Under the pieces are notes generated by a model that saw only the letters and a list, made by a program, of their open reading frames with translations, did no database searches and was not told the origin of the DNA. A DNA stretch of 64,000 nucleotides from assembly GCF_050920415.1 (NCBI RefSeq), contig NZ_CP169309.1; one strand, 5' to 3'. This DNA is from Escherichia coli (GTDB taxonomy: Bacteria > Pseudomonadota > Gammaproteobacteria > Enterobacterales > Enterobacteriaceae). This document shows positions 47,918-57,980 of this stretch, in pieces. Made by a program: the position numbers and the translations under genes. Position 1 is the first letter of the stretch; each line of letters starts with the position of its first letter.

Positions 47918-50317
47918 ATGAAGCTAACCGATGCGGATAATGCCGCCGATGGCATTTTTTTCCCCGCCCTTGAGCAAAATATGATGGGCGCGGTGTTAAT
48001 TAACGAAAATGATGAAGTGATGTTTTTCAACCCCGCCGCAGAGAAACTCTGGGGGTACAAACGCGAAGAAGTCATTGGCAAAAACATTGATATGCTGATT
48101 CCGCGAGATTTGCGTCCCGCGCATCCTGAATACATCCGTCACAACCGTGAAGGCGGTAAAGCGCGCGTCGAGGGGATGAGTCGGGAGCTGCAGCTGGAGA
48201 AAAAAGACGGCAGTAAAATCTGGACCCGTTTTGCGCTATCGAAAGTGAGCGCCGAGGGTAAAATTTATTACCTGGCGCTGGTACGGGATGCCAGCGTAGA
48301 AATGGCGCAAAAAGAACAGACCCGACAATTGATTATTGCTGTTGACCATCTCGACCGACCGGTGATTGTCCTCGATCCGGAACGCCATATTGTGCAGTGC
48401 AATCGCGCATTTACCGAAATGTTTGGTTACTGCATTAGCGAAGCCAGCGGTATGCAGCCCGATACACTCCTGAACATTCCAGAATTCCCTGCTGATAACC
48501 GCATTCGTTTACAACAGTTGCTATGGAAAACCGCCCGCGATCAGGACGAATTTCTGCTGTTGACGCGCACCGGTGAAAAAATCTGGATTAAAGCCTCTAT
48601 CAGCCCGGTCTATGATGTGCTCGCGCATCTGCAGAACCTGGTAATGACTTTCTCGGATATCACCGAAGAACGGCAAATCCGCCAGCTTGAAGGCAATATT
48701 CTCGCCGCCATGTGCAGCAGCCCGCCATTTCATGAAATGGGGGAAATCATTTGTCGTAACATCGAATCTGTTCTCAACGAATCGCATGTTTCGCTGTTCG
48801 CGCTGCGCAACGGGATGCCGATACACTGGGCGTCATCTTCGCACGGTACAGAAGTTCAAAATGCGCAAAGCTGGTCAGCGACCATTCGTCAGCGTGACGG
48901 CGCACCGGCGGGGATCCTGCAAATTAAAACCTCGTCAGGAGCAGAAACCAGCGCCTTTATCGAACGCGTGGCAGATATCAGCCAGCATATGGCCGCGCTG
49001 GCGCTGGAACAGGAAAAAAGCCGTCAGCATATTGAACAACTCATCCAATTTGATCCGATGACCGGTCTGCCAAATCGCAATAACCTGCACAATTACCTCG
49101 ATGACCTGGTCGACAAAGCCGTCTCTCCGGTGGTCTATCTCATCGGTGTTGACCATATTCAGGATGTGATTGATAGCCTTGGCTATGCGTGGGCCGATCA
49201 GGCATTGCTGGAAGTGGTCAATCGCTTTCGTGAAAAACTCAAACCGGATCAGTATCTCTGTCGTATCGAAGGTACGCAGTTTGTCCTCGTGAGCCTGGAA
49301 AACGACGTCAGCAACATTACCCAAATCGCCGATGAGCTACGGAATGTGGTCAGCAAGCCGATAATGATTGACGATAAACCATTCCCGCTCACCTTGAGCA
49401 TTGGCATCAGCTACGACGTGGGTAAAAACCGCGATTACCTGCTCTCCACTGCCCATAACGCGATGGATTATATTCGCAAGAATGGCGGTAACGGCTGGCA
49501 GTTCTTCAGCCCGGTGATGAACGAAATGGTGAAAGAACGATTGATATTAGGCGCAGCGCTGAAAGATGCGATTAGCAATAACCAACTGAAACTGGTTTAC
49601 CAACCGCAAATCTTCGCAGAAACGGGTGAACTGTATGGTATCGAAGCCCTTGCTCGCTGGCACGATCCTCTGCATGGTCATGTGCCCCCTTCACGGTTTA
49701 TTCCTCTCGCAGAAGAGATTGGCGAAATCGAAAATATTGGGCGCTGGGTCATCGCGGAAGCTTGCCGTCAGTTAGCAGAATGGCGTAGCCAGAATATTCA
49801 TATTCCAGCGTTATCCGTTAACTTGTCTGCGCTGCACTTCCGCAGTAATCAGCTTCCTAATCAGGTGTCTGATGCAATGCAAGTCTGGGGCATTGACGGC
49901 CACCAGCTAACGGTGGAAATCACCGAAAGCATGATGATGGAACACGATACCGAAATTTTTAAGCGCATCCAGATCCTGCGCGATATGGGCGTGGGTTTAT
50001 CGGTAGATGATTTTGGTACGGGTTTTTCCGGGTTATCCCGCTTAGTCAGTCTTCCGGTAACGGAAATCAAAATTGACAAAAGTTTTGTTGATCGTTGTCT
50101 GACTGAAAAACGCATCCTTGCCTTACTTGAAGCTATTACCAGCATTGGGCAAAGCCTCAATTTAACCGTCGTAGCGGAAGGCGTCGAAACCAAAGAGCAA
50201 TTTGAGATGCTACGCAAGATTCACTGTCGCGTTATTCAGGGATATTTCTTTTCCCGCCCCCTGCCCGCCGAAGAAATTCCAGGCTGGATGAGTAGCGTGT
50301 TACCGCAGAAAATCTGA
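47918..50317 (+). CDS. dosP: DosP (YddU), haem-PAS regulated c-di-GMP phosphodiesterase
   Basis: The start is at ATG 47918 (MKLTDADNAADGIFFPALEQNMMGAVLIN), giving 799 aa. Domain order is PAS-PAS-GGDEF-EAL, with the EAL motif (YGIEALARW). Confidence 0.95.
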   Translation: MKLTDADNAADGIFFPALEQNMMGAVLINENDEVMFFNPAAEKLWGYKREEVIGKNIDMLIPRDLRPAHPEYIRHNREGGKARVEGMSRELQLEKKDGSKIWTRFALSKVSAEGKIYYLALVRDASVEMAQKEQTRQLIIAVDHLDRPVIVLDPERHIVQCNRAFTEMFGYCISEASGMQPDTLLNIPEFPADNRIRLQQLLWKTARDQDEFLLLTRTGEKIWIKASISPVYDVLAHLQNLVMTFSDITEERQIRQLEGNILAAMCSSPPFHEMGEIICRNIESVLNESHVSLFALRNGMPIHWASSSHGTEVQNAQSWSATIRQRDGAPAGILQIKTSSGAETSAFIERVADISQHMAALALEQEKSRQHIEQLIQFDPMTGLPNRNNLHNYLDDLVDKAVSPVVYLIGVDHIQDVIDSLGYAWADQALLEVVNRFREKLKPDQYLCRIEGTQFVLVSLENDVSNITQIADELRNVVSKPIMIDDKPFPLTLSIGISYDVGKNRDYLLSTAHNAMDYIRKNGGNGWQFFSPVMNEMVKERLILGAALKDAISNNQLKLVYQPQIFAETGELYGIEALARWHDPLHGHVPPSRFIPLAEEIGEIENIGRWVIAEACRQLAEWRSQNIHIPALSVNLSALHFRSNQLPNQVSDAMQVWGIDGHQLTVEITESMMMEHDTEIFKRIQILRDMGVGLSVDDFGTGFSGLSRLVSLPVTEIKIDKSFVDRCLTEKRILALLEAITSIGQSLNLTVVAEGVETKEQFEMLRKIHCRVIQGYFFSRPLPAEEIPGWMSSVLPQKI

Positions 50318-50574
50318 CAAATCCCTCTCGCCCGCACTCGCGGGTTTTCATTTAACGTGACACTGTCACTTAAATACTGTGATTTCAGCTACGATTCCGG
50401 GAGATTCCTTCCTTAACTTCCCCTCTTGCACCAAAACTGCACTACGCTGCACAAATGTTGATCAAAAGTTAAAAAATATAACTTTAAGCCAGCATTCTGG
50501 CGCTTATCCCGGCATGGCATGAGATCTGCATAAGCGGAAAGCGCAGCAATTTTTGTCTTATACAGGAACCGTTT

Positions 50575-51156
50575 ATGTCGGATACCACCGAACTGGTTGA
50601 TTTAGCCGTGATCTTCCCTGATCTGGAGATCGAATTGAAATACGCCTGCGCTGATAACATCACAGGTAAAGCTATTTATCAGCAAGCGCGTTGTCTGTTA
50701 CACAAGGATGCGATTACCGCGCTGGCGAAAAGTATCAGTATCGCCCAGCTGTCAGGCTTACAACTGGTGATTTACGATGCGTATCGCCCACAACAAGCAC
50801 AGGCGATGTTGTGGCAAACCTGCCCAGACCCGCAATATGTCGTTGATGTGGCGGTCGGTTCTAATCACAGCCGTGGCACCGCGATCGACCTGACGCTTCG
50901 TGATGAGCACGGGAACATCCTCGATATGGGCGCAGAGTTCGATGAAATGCACGAACGTTCCCATGCTTACCATCCTTCCGTCCCGCCCGCTGCTCAGCGC
51001 AATCGCCTGTTGCTGAATGCGATTATGACTGGCGGTGGCTTTGTCGGTATCCCGAGCGAATGGTGGCACTTCGAATTACCCCAGGCAGCGAGTTACCCGC
51101 TACTCGCTGATCAATTCACCTGTTTTATATCCCCTGGCACACAGCACGCCAGTTAA
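50575..51156 (+). CDS. ddpX: D-alanyl-D-alanine dipeptidase (VanX homologue)
   Basis: 193 aa recognised as DdpX, with SNHSRGTAIDLT and EWWHF motifs. Confidence 0.95.
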   Translation: MSDTTELVDLAVIFPDLEIELKYACADNITGKAIYQQARCLLHKDAITALAKSISIAQLSGLQLVIYDAYRPQQAQAMLWQTCPDPQYVVDVAVGSNHSRGTAIDLTLRDEHGNILDMGAEFDEMHERSHAYHPSVPPAAQRNRLLLNAIMTGGGFVGIPSEWWHFELPQAASYPLLADQFTCFISPGTQHAS

Positions 51157-51169
51157 TCAGGAAACTGTT

Positions 51170-52720
51170 ATGAAGAGATCGATTTCGTTTCGTCCTACAT
51201 TGCTCGCGATCGTCCTTGCCACAACAATGCCGGTTGCGCACGCCGCCCTACCGAAAGATATGCTGGTGATCGGTAAAGCTGCCGACCCACAAACCCTCGA
51301 CCCGGCGGTAACAATTGATAATAACGACTGGACAGTGACCTACCCGTCTTATCAGCGACTGGTTCAGTACAAAACGGACGGTGATAAAGGCTCAACAGAC
51401 GTTGAAGGCGATCTGGCGAGTAGCTGGAAAGCGTCTGACGATCAAAAAGAGTGGACGTTCACCCTGAAGGACAATGCTAAATTTGCCGATGGCACACCCG
51501 TCACTGCCGAAGCAGTAAAACTCTCTTTTGAGCGGTTACTAAAAATCGGTCAGGGGCCAGCAGAAGCATTTCCCAAAGATTTAAAGATTGATGCTCCCGA
51601 CGAACATACGGTGAGGTTTACCCTTAGCCAGCCATTCGCACCGTTCCTCTACACGCTGGCGAATGACGGTGCATCCATTATCAATCCGGCGGTCTTAAAA
51701 GAACATGCGGCCGATGATGCCCGTGGTTTCCTCGCGCAAAATACCGCTGGCTCCGGACCGTTTATGCTGAAAAGCTGGCAAAAAGGTCAGCAATTAGTTC
51801 TGGTGCCAAATCCGCATTACCCCGGCAATAAACCGAACTTCAAACGGGTATCGGTAAAAATTATCGGTGAAAGTGCCTCCCGTCGCCTGCAGCTCTCCCG
51901 TGGCGACATTGACATTGCCGATGCGCTGCCGGTGGATCAACTCAACGCCCTGAAGCAGGAAAACAAAGTCAACGTGGCAGAGTATCCGTCACTGCGCGTC
52001 ACCTATCTGTATCTCAATAACAGCAAAGCGCCACTTAATCAGGCGGATCTGCGTCGGGCCATTTCCTGGTCTACCGATTATCAGGGTATGGTTAACGGCA
52101 TTCTGAGTGGTAACGGAAAACAAATGCGCGGCCCGATTCCGGAAGGCATGTGGGGATACGATGCGACGGCAATGCAATACAACCATGACGAAACGAAAGC
52201 CAAAGCCGAATGGGATAAAGTGACGAGCAAACCCACCAGCCTGACGTTTCTCTACTCCGATAACGACCCGAACTGGGAACCTATTGCTCTGGCAACACAA
52301 TCCAGCCTCAACAAGCTGGGCATCAATGTGAAGCTGGAAAAGCTGGCGAACGCCACCATGCGCGACAGAGTGGGTAAAGGTGATTACGACATCGCGATTG
52401 GCAACTGGAGTCCGGATTTTGCCGACCCGTATATGTTTATGAATTACTGGTTTGAGTCAGACAAAAAAGGTCTGCCGGGTAACCGCTCGTTCTATGAAAA
52501 CAGTGAGGTCGATAAGCTACTGCGCAATGCGCTAGCGACCACCGACCAGACGCAGCGTACCCGGGACTACCAGCAGGCACAGAAAATCGTCATTGATGAC
52601 GCTGCTTATGTGTATCTGTTCCAGAAAAACTACCAACTGGCGATGAACAAAGAGGTGAAAGGCTTTGTGTTCAATCCCATGCTGGAACAGGTCTTCAATA
52701 TCAATACCATGAGTAAATAA
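51170..52720 (+). CDS. ddpA: D-Ala-D-Ala dipeptide ABC transporter periplasmic binding protein
   Basis: The start is at ATG 51170 (MKRSISFRPTLLAIVLATTMPVAHA signal peptide), giving 516 aa. Confidence 0.95.
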   Translation: MKRSISFRPTLLAIVLATTMPVAHAALPKDMLVIGKAADPQTLDPAVTIDNNDWTVTYPSYQRLVQYKTDGDKGSTDVEGDLASSWKASDDQKEWTFTLKDNAKFADGTPVTAEAVKLSFERLLKIGQGPAEAFPKDLKIDAPDEHTVRFTLSQPFAPFLYTLANDGASIINPAVLKEHAADDARGFLAQNTAGSGPFMLKSWQKGQQLVLVPNPHYPGNKPNFKRVSVKIIGESASRRLQLSRGDIDIADALPVDQLNALKQENKVNVAEYPSLRVTYLYLNNSKAPLNQADLRRAISWSTDYQGMVNGILSGNGKQMRGPIPEGMWGYDATAMQYNHDETKAKAEWDKVTSKPTSLTFLYSDNDPNWEPIALATQSSLNKLGINVKLEKLANATMRDRVGKGDYDIAIGNWSPDFADPYMFMNYWFESDKKGLPGNRSFYENSEVDKLLRNALATTDQTQRTRDYQQAQKIVIDDAAYVYLFQKNYQLAMNKEVKGFVFNPMLEQVFNINTMSK

Positions 52721-52721
52721 C

Positions 52722-53744
52722 GTGACCTTCTGGAGTATTTTACGCCAACGCTGCTGGGGGCTGGTGCTCGTGGTGGCGGGCGTCTGCGTGATTACGTTTA
52801 TTATCTCGCACCTGATCCCCGGCGACCCGGCGCGGTTACTGGCGGGTGACCGCGCCAGCGATGCTATCGTGGATAATATTCGCCAGCAACTGGGACTGGA
52901 CCAGCCACTGTACGTACAGTTTTACCGCTACGTCAGCGACCTGTTTCAGGGTGACCTGGGAACATCCATTCGTACCGGGCGTCCGGTGCTGGAAGAGTTG
53001 CGCATATTTTTCCCGGCGACGCTGGAACTGGCATTTTGCGCCCTGCTGCTGGCACTCCTGGTTGGTATCCCGCTGGGCATACTCTCTGCAGTCTGGCGAA
53101 ATCGCTGGCTGGATCATCTGGTGCGAATAATGGCCATTACCGGAATCTCCACGCCTGCGTTCTGGCTTGGGCTGGGCGTCATTGTGCTGTTTTATGGTCA
53201 TCTGCAAATTCTTCCCGGCGGCGGAAGGCTTGATGACTGGCTGGATCCACCAACGCACGTTACCGGCTTTTATCTGCTCGATGCGCTGCTTGAAGGCAAC
53301 GGTGAAGTCTTCTTCAATGCGCTACAACATCTCATCTTACCGGCATTAACGCTGGCGTTCGTTCACCTGGGGATTGTCGCTCGCCAGATCCGCTCAGCTA
53401 TGCTGGAACAATTGAGTGAAGACTACATTCGTACCGCCCGGGCCAGCGGCTTGCCCGGCTGGTATATCGTTTTATGTTATGCGCTACCCAATGCGTTGAT
53501 CCCCTCAATTACCGTATTGGGGCTGGCGCTGGGCGATTTGTTGTATGGCGCAGTGCTCACCGAAACCGTTTTTGCCTGGCCCGGAATGGGTGCATGGGTA
53601 GTAACATCAATACAGGCGCTCGACTTCCCGGCAGTGATGGGCTTTGCCGTCGTGGTTTCATTTGCTTATGTGCTGGTCAACCTGGTGGTGGATTTGCTCT
53701 ATTTGTGGATTGATCCGCGTATCGGACGTGGAGGTGATGAATGA
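52722..53744 (+). CDS. ddpB: Dipeptide ABC transporter permease
   Basis: 340 aa with a GTG start 1 nt after the ddpA stop. It is a DppB-like permease. Confidence 0.9.
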   Translation: MTFWSILRQRCWGLVLVVAGVCVITFIISHLIPGDPARLLAGDRASDAIVDNIRQQLGLDQPLYVQFYRYVSDLFQGDLGTSIRTGRPVLEELRIFFPATLELAFCALLLALLVGIPLGILSAVWRNRWLDHLVRIMAITGISTPAFWLGLGVIVLFYGHLQILPGGGRLDDWLDPPTHVTGFYLLDALLEGNGEVFFNALQHLILPALTLAFVHLGIVARQIRSAMLEQLSEDYIRTARASGLPGWYIVLCYALPNALIPSITVLGLALGDLLYGAVLTETVFAWPGMGAWVVTSIQALDFPAVMGFAVVVSFAYVLVNLVVDLLYLWIDPRIGRGGDE

Positions 53745-54637
53745 TGCTAAGCGAGGAAACGTCCGTCGTACGCCCACCAAAACAAACGCGATTTAACGGT
53801 GCAAAACTGGTATGGATGCTGAAAGGCAGTCCGCTCACCGTGACCGGCGCAGTCATCATTGTATTAATGCTACTGATGATGATTTTTTCACCGTGGCTGG
53901 CGACGCATGATCCCAACGCCATTGATTTAACTGCCCGCCTTTTGCCGCCTTCTGCGGCGCACTGGTTTGGCACCGATGAAGTGGGACGCGATCTGTTTAG
54001 CCGCGTACTGGTCGGCAGTCAGCAATCAATTCTCGCCGGATTAGTGGTGGTCGCCATTGCGGGTATGATGGGTTCGCTACTCGGGTGTCTATCCGGTGTG
54101 CTTGGCGGACGCGCAGACGCGATCATCATGCGCATCATGGACATTATGCTGTCGATTCCTTCGCTGGTGCTGACAATGGCGCTGGCTGCCGCACTTGGAC
54201 CGAGCTTGTTTAACGCCATGCTGGCGATTGCTATCGTGCGAATCCCGTTTTATGTGCGCCTGGCGCGGGGGCAAACATTAGTTGTCCGCCAGTACACTTT
54301 CGTTCAGGCGGCGAAAACCTTTGGTGCGTCACGCTGGCATCTGATCAACTGGCATATTTTACGTAACTCCCTGCCGCCGCTGATTGTGCAGGCATCGCTG
54401 GATATTGGTAGCGCGATTTTAATGGCCGCCACGTTGGGATTTATTGGCCTGGGTGCTCAACAACCGAGTGCTGAATGGGGGGCGATGGTGGCGAATGGTC
54501 GCAACTATGTGCTCGATCAATGGTGGTATTGCGCATTTCCGGGGGCAGCGATTTTGCTTACCGCCGTCGGGTTCAATCTCTTTGGTGATGGTATTCGCGA
54601 TCTGCTTGACCCGAAAGCAGGAGGAAAGCAGTCATGA
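53741..54637 (+). CDS. ddpC: Dipeptide ABC transporter permease
   Basis: 298 aa with a 4-nt ATGA overlap with ddpB. It is a DppC-like permease. Confidence 0.9.
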   Translation: MMLSEETSVVRPPKQTRFNGAKLVWMLKGSPLTVTGAVIIVLMLLMMIFSPWLATHDPNAIDLTARLLPPSAAHWFGTDEVGRDLFSRVLVGSQQSILAGLVVVAIAGMMGSLLGCLSGVLGGRADAIIMRIMDIMLSIPSLVLTMALAAALGPSLFNAMLAIAIVRIPFYVRLARGQTLVVRQYTFVQAAKTFGASRWHLINWHILRNSLPPLIVQASLDIGSAILMAATLGFIGLGAQQPSAEWGAMVANGRNYVLDQWWYCAFPGAAILLTAVGFNLFGDGIRDLLDPKAGGKQS

Positions 54638-55620
54638 CCCAACCCGTTCTGGACATTCAACAGCTGCATTTGAGTTTCTCCGGTTTTAACGGCGACGTTC
54701 ACGCGCTCAACAATGTGTCATTGAAAATCAACCGCGGTGAAATTGTCGGTCTGGTGGGAGAATCCGGCTCGGGTAAATCAGTCACTGCAATGTTGATTAT
54801 GCGTCTGTTACCGACGGGCAGTTATTGCGTACATCGGGGACATATTTCACTGCTGGGAGAAGATGCTCTTAACGCTCGGGAAAAACAGCTTCGTCAGTGG
54901 CGCGGAGCACGAGTGGCGATGATCTTTCAGGAACCGATGACCGCCCTAAATCCGACACGTCGAATAGGTCTTCAGATGATGGACGTGATCCGCCATCATC
55001 AACTAATAAGTCGTCGGGAAGCCAGAGCTAAAGCGATTGCCCTGCTGGAAGAGATGCAAATCCCGGATGCCGTGGAAGTTATGTCGCGCTATCCGTTTGA
55101 GCTTTCAGGTGGTATGCGCCAGCGGGTAATGATTGCGCTGGCATTCTCCTGCGAGCCGCAATTGATTATTGCCGACGAACCGACTACGGCGCTGGACGTC
55201 ACGGTACAGTTGCAGGTACTGCGTCTGCTTAAACATAAAGCCCGCGCCAGTGGAACTGCGGTACTGTTCATCAGCCATGATATGGCCGTGGTGTCGCAAC
55301 TGTGCGATAGCGTTTACGTGATGTATGCCGGAAGCATGATCGAGAGCGGCATGACGGCAGACGTTATCCATCATCCCCGGCATCCGTATACCATTGGTTT
55401 GCTGCAATGCGCACCGGAACATGGAATACCACGCCAGCCATTACCCGCCATTCCAGGGACGGTACCAAACCTCACCCATTTGCCTGACGGCTGCGCTTTT
55501 CGCGATCGTTGCTATGCGGCAGGTACACAGTGTGAAAACGTCCCGGCGCTGACAGCGTGTGGTGACAACAACCACCGCTGCGCCTGTTGGTATCCTCAGC
55601 AGGAGGTCATTAGTGTCTGA
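54634..55620 (+). CDS. ddpD: Dipeptide ABC transporter ATP-binding protein
   Basis: 328 aa with Walker A GESGSGKS, LSGGMRQR and a C-terminal oligopeptide-type extension. It overlaps ddpC by 4 nt. Confidence 0.95.
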   Translation: MTQPVLDIQQLHLSFSGFNGDVHALNNVSLKINRGEIVGLVGESGSGKSVTAMLIMRLLPTGSYCVHRGHISLLGEDALNAREKQLRQWRGARVAMIFQEPMTALNPTRRIGLQMMDVIRHHQLISRREARAKAIALLEEMQIPDAVEVMSRYPFELSGGMRQRVMIALAFSCEPQLIIADEPTTALDVTVQLQVLRLLKHKARASGTAVLFISHDMAVVSQLCDSVYVMYAGSMIESGMTADVIHHPRHPYTIGLLQCAPEHGIPRQPLPAIPGTVPNLTHLPDGCAFRDRCYAAGTQCENVPALTACGDNNHRCACWYPQQEVISV

Positions 55621-56539
55621 CACGTTATTAACGTTACGCGACGTCCATATCAATTTCCCGGCCCGAAAAAACTGGCTTGGTAAAACTACGGAACATGTTC
55701 ATGCCATCAATGGTATTGATTTACAGATCCGTCGTGGTGAAACCTTAGGGATCGTCGGTGAGTCAGGCTGCGGCAAAAGCACCCTCGCACAGCTTTTAAT
55801 GGGTATGCTGCAACCGAGCCACGGGCAGTACATCCGTTCAGGATCACAACGCATTATGCAGATGGTGTTTCAGGACCCGCTCTCTTCGCTTAATCCGCGC
55901 TTACCGGTGTGGCGCATCATCACGGAACCGCTCTGGATTGCTAAGCGTAGTAGTGAACAACAGCGGCGAGCGTTGGCAGAGGAGCTGGCTGTGCAGGTGG
56001 GTATTCGTCCGGAGTATCTCGACCGCTTGCCTCATGCGTTCTCAGGCGGGCAGCGGCAACGTATCGCCATTGCCAGAGCACTCTCTTCGCAGCCTGACGT
56101 GATTGTGCTTGATGAGCCCACCTCGGCGCTGGATATCTCCGTCCAGGCGCAGATCCTCAATTTACTGGTAACGCTACAGGAAAATCGCGAGCTGACTTAT
56201 GTGCTGATTTCACACAATGTCTCGGTGATTCGTCATATGAGCGATCGGGTAGCGGTGATGTATCTCGGGCAGATTGTAGAACTGGGCGACGCGCAGCAGG
56301 TGCTCTCTACTCCGGCACATCCATACACCCGATTATTGCTGGATTCCCTGCCCGCCATTGATAAACCGCTGGAGGAAGAATGGGCATTGCGTAAAACGGA
56401 ACTACCAGGAAACCGCACGTTGCCACAAGGCTGTTTTTTCCGTGAACGTTGCCCTCTGGCAACCCACGGATGTGAAGTCCGGCAATCATTAACAATAAGG
56501 GAGGACGGACGTGAGATCCGGTGCTGTCGGGCGCTGTAG
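55613..56539 (+). CDS. ddpF: Dipeptide ABC transporter ATP-binding protein
   Basis: GTG start at 55613 (VSDTLLTLRDVHINF), giving 308 aa. Walker A GESGCGKST is present. It overlaps the ddpD stop. The ORF-track N-terminal extension is rejected. Confidence 0.9.
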   Translation: MSDTLLTLRDVHINFPARKNWLGKTTEHVHAINGIDLQIRRGETLGIVGESGCGKSTLAQLLMGMLQPSHGQYIRSGSQRIMQMVFQDPLSSLNPRLPVWRIITEPLWIAKRSSEQQRRALAEELAVQVGIRPEYLDRLPHAFSGGQRQRIAIARALSSQPDVIVLDEPTSALDISVQAQILNLLVTLQENRELTYVLISHNVSVIRHMSDRVAVMYLGQIVELGDAQQVLSTPAHPYTRLLLDSLPAIDKPLEEEWALRKTELPGNRTLPQGCFFRERCPLATHGCEVRQSLTIREDGREIRCCRAL

Positions 56540-56594
56540 AGACGCTAACAACGCATCAGGCAATCACGCGCCTGACGCGTCATCCGGCAACGCT

Positions 56595-57026
56595 TTACGA
56601 TTTCAACTGGTAATCCAGCGTAATTTCCGCTTTCAGTACCTGAGAAACCGGGCATCCTGCTTTTGCTTTCTGGATAATGCCGTCAAAGGTAGAGGCATCA
56701 ATACCCGGCACGGCAACTTCGCTCTTCAGGGCGATTTTAGTAATCGCAAACCCGGCATCCACTTTATCCAGCGACACATCGGCGGTGGTATCAATCGATG
56801 TTGGCGTGAATCCCGCTTCCCCCAGCATTAATGAAAGCGCCATTGAGAAACATGCTGCATGCGCCGCGCCAATCAGTTCTTCAGGGTTAGTTCCTTTTTC
56901 GCCTTCAAAACGCGTATTAAATCCATACGGCTGTTGGTTCAGCACGCCGCTCTCGGTGGATACGGTTCCCTTCCCGCGTTTGATATCGCCTTCCCAGTGT
57001 GCCTGACCTTTCTTATGGATTGTCAT
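56595..57026 (-). CDS. osmC: OsmC, osmotically inducible peroxiredoxin
   Basis: 143 aa, MTIHKKGQAHWEGDIKRGKGTVST..., recognised as OsmC. Confidence 0.95.
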   Translation of the reverse strand: MTIHKKGQAHWEGDIKRGKGTVSTESGVLNQQPYGFNTRFEGEKGTNPEELIGAAHAACFSMALSLMLGEAGFTPTSIDTTADVSLDKVDAGFAITKIALKSEVAVPGIDASTFDGIIQKAKAGCPVSQVLKAEITLDYQLKS

Positions 57027-57369
57027 TGTTGCTCTCCTGTGGGCTTAAAAAGGAAATTATAGACTACGTGAGAAACAGCATGAGGATAAGCGGGATATTC
57101 CGAATAGAATCCGGCGAAAATATTATCTATGTACTTAAATAAAATTCCCACAATAGATAACCGGGAATATATAACTCAAGAGATATTGCATCAATATCAA
57201 TCAACTCACACCAATAATATTCCCATTAATATCATGGAGTTAAAATATAAAATTCATCAACCAGGACTAATCTTAACAACGAAGCGGCAAATATTTGCCA
57301 TGCTGAATGTGCTTTATAAATCTGCGATCCGTAGCAGACACCATAAATACACAGACACGGAGAATCACT

Positions 57370-57585
57370 ATGTTTACTTATTATCAGGCAGAAAATTCAA
57401 CAGCAGAACCCGCTCTGGTTAATGCCATTGAGCAAGGCCTTCGGGCAGAGCACGGTGTTGTCACTGAAGATGACATTCTCATGGAGCTGACCAAATGGGT
57501 GGAAGCTTCTGATAACGACATCCTCAGTGATATCTACCAGCAAACGATCAATTATGTGGTCAGTGGCCAGCACCCTACGCTTTAA
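57370..57585 (+). CDS. bdm: Bdm, biofilm-dependent modulation protein
   Basis: 71 aa, MFTYYQAENSTAEPALVNAIEQGLRAEHGVV..., recognised as Bdm. It is divergent from osmC. Confidence 0.9.
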   Translation: MFTYYQAENSTAEPALVNAIEQGLRAEHGVVTEDDILMELTKWVEASDNDILSDIYQQTINYVVSGQHPTL

Positions 57586-57686
57586 GGTGCTATGCTTGAT
57601 CGGCAACCTAATTTAGGGGTTTAGCACGTGTTTCTTCGCTACGGCGATGTTGTCCTTAAAACTAGCAACAGGATTGAGGAGTTAAA

Positions 57687-57824
57687 ATGAAATCGAACCG
57701 TCAGGCACGTCATATTCTTGGACTGGACCATAAAATTTCTAACCAGCGCAAAATAGTTACCGAAGGTGATAAATCCAGCGTGGTAAATAACCCAACCGGC
57801 AGAAAACGTCCCGCTGAAAAGTAA
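57687..57824 (+). CDS. sra: Sra (RpsV), stationary-phase ribosome-associated protein
   Basis: 45 aa, [45 protein letters not shown], with a GAGGAG RBS upstream. It is below the ORF-track size cutoff and was translated manually. Confidence 0.9.
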
Positions 57825-57980
57825 TCTTTAACAATCAGTCCTCAATGACGATTAAACACCATTGCCTGCGCAATGGTGTTTTTGTTTTTAACTGCTTTAT
57901 ACTTGGAGCCGATGCCCTGGCGGTAAAGCAAAGACGATAAAAGCACCCCAGGGATGGATATTCAAAAAAGAGTGAGTGAC

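Noticed and set aside
57129-57422. 97-aa ORF in the osmC-bdm intergenic region, and N-terminal extensions offered by the ORF track for ydeN (30953), gadB (41541), ddpA (51035), ddpF (55559), adhP (59693), maeA (57954), hipA (11827), lsrA (2666), fdnI (62494), yneO (5935) and fmlA (20393).
   Set aside because: Downstream starts give the known protein lengths and have signal peptides or RBSs. The extensions cross promoters, terminators or upstream genes.
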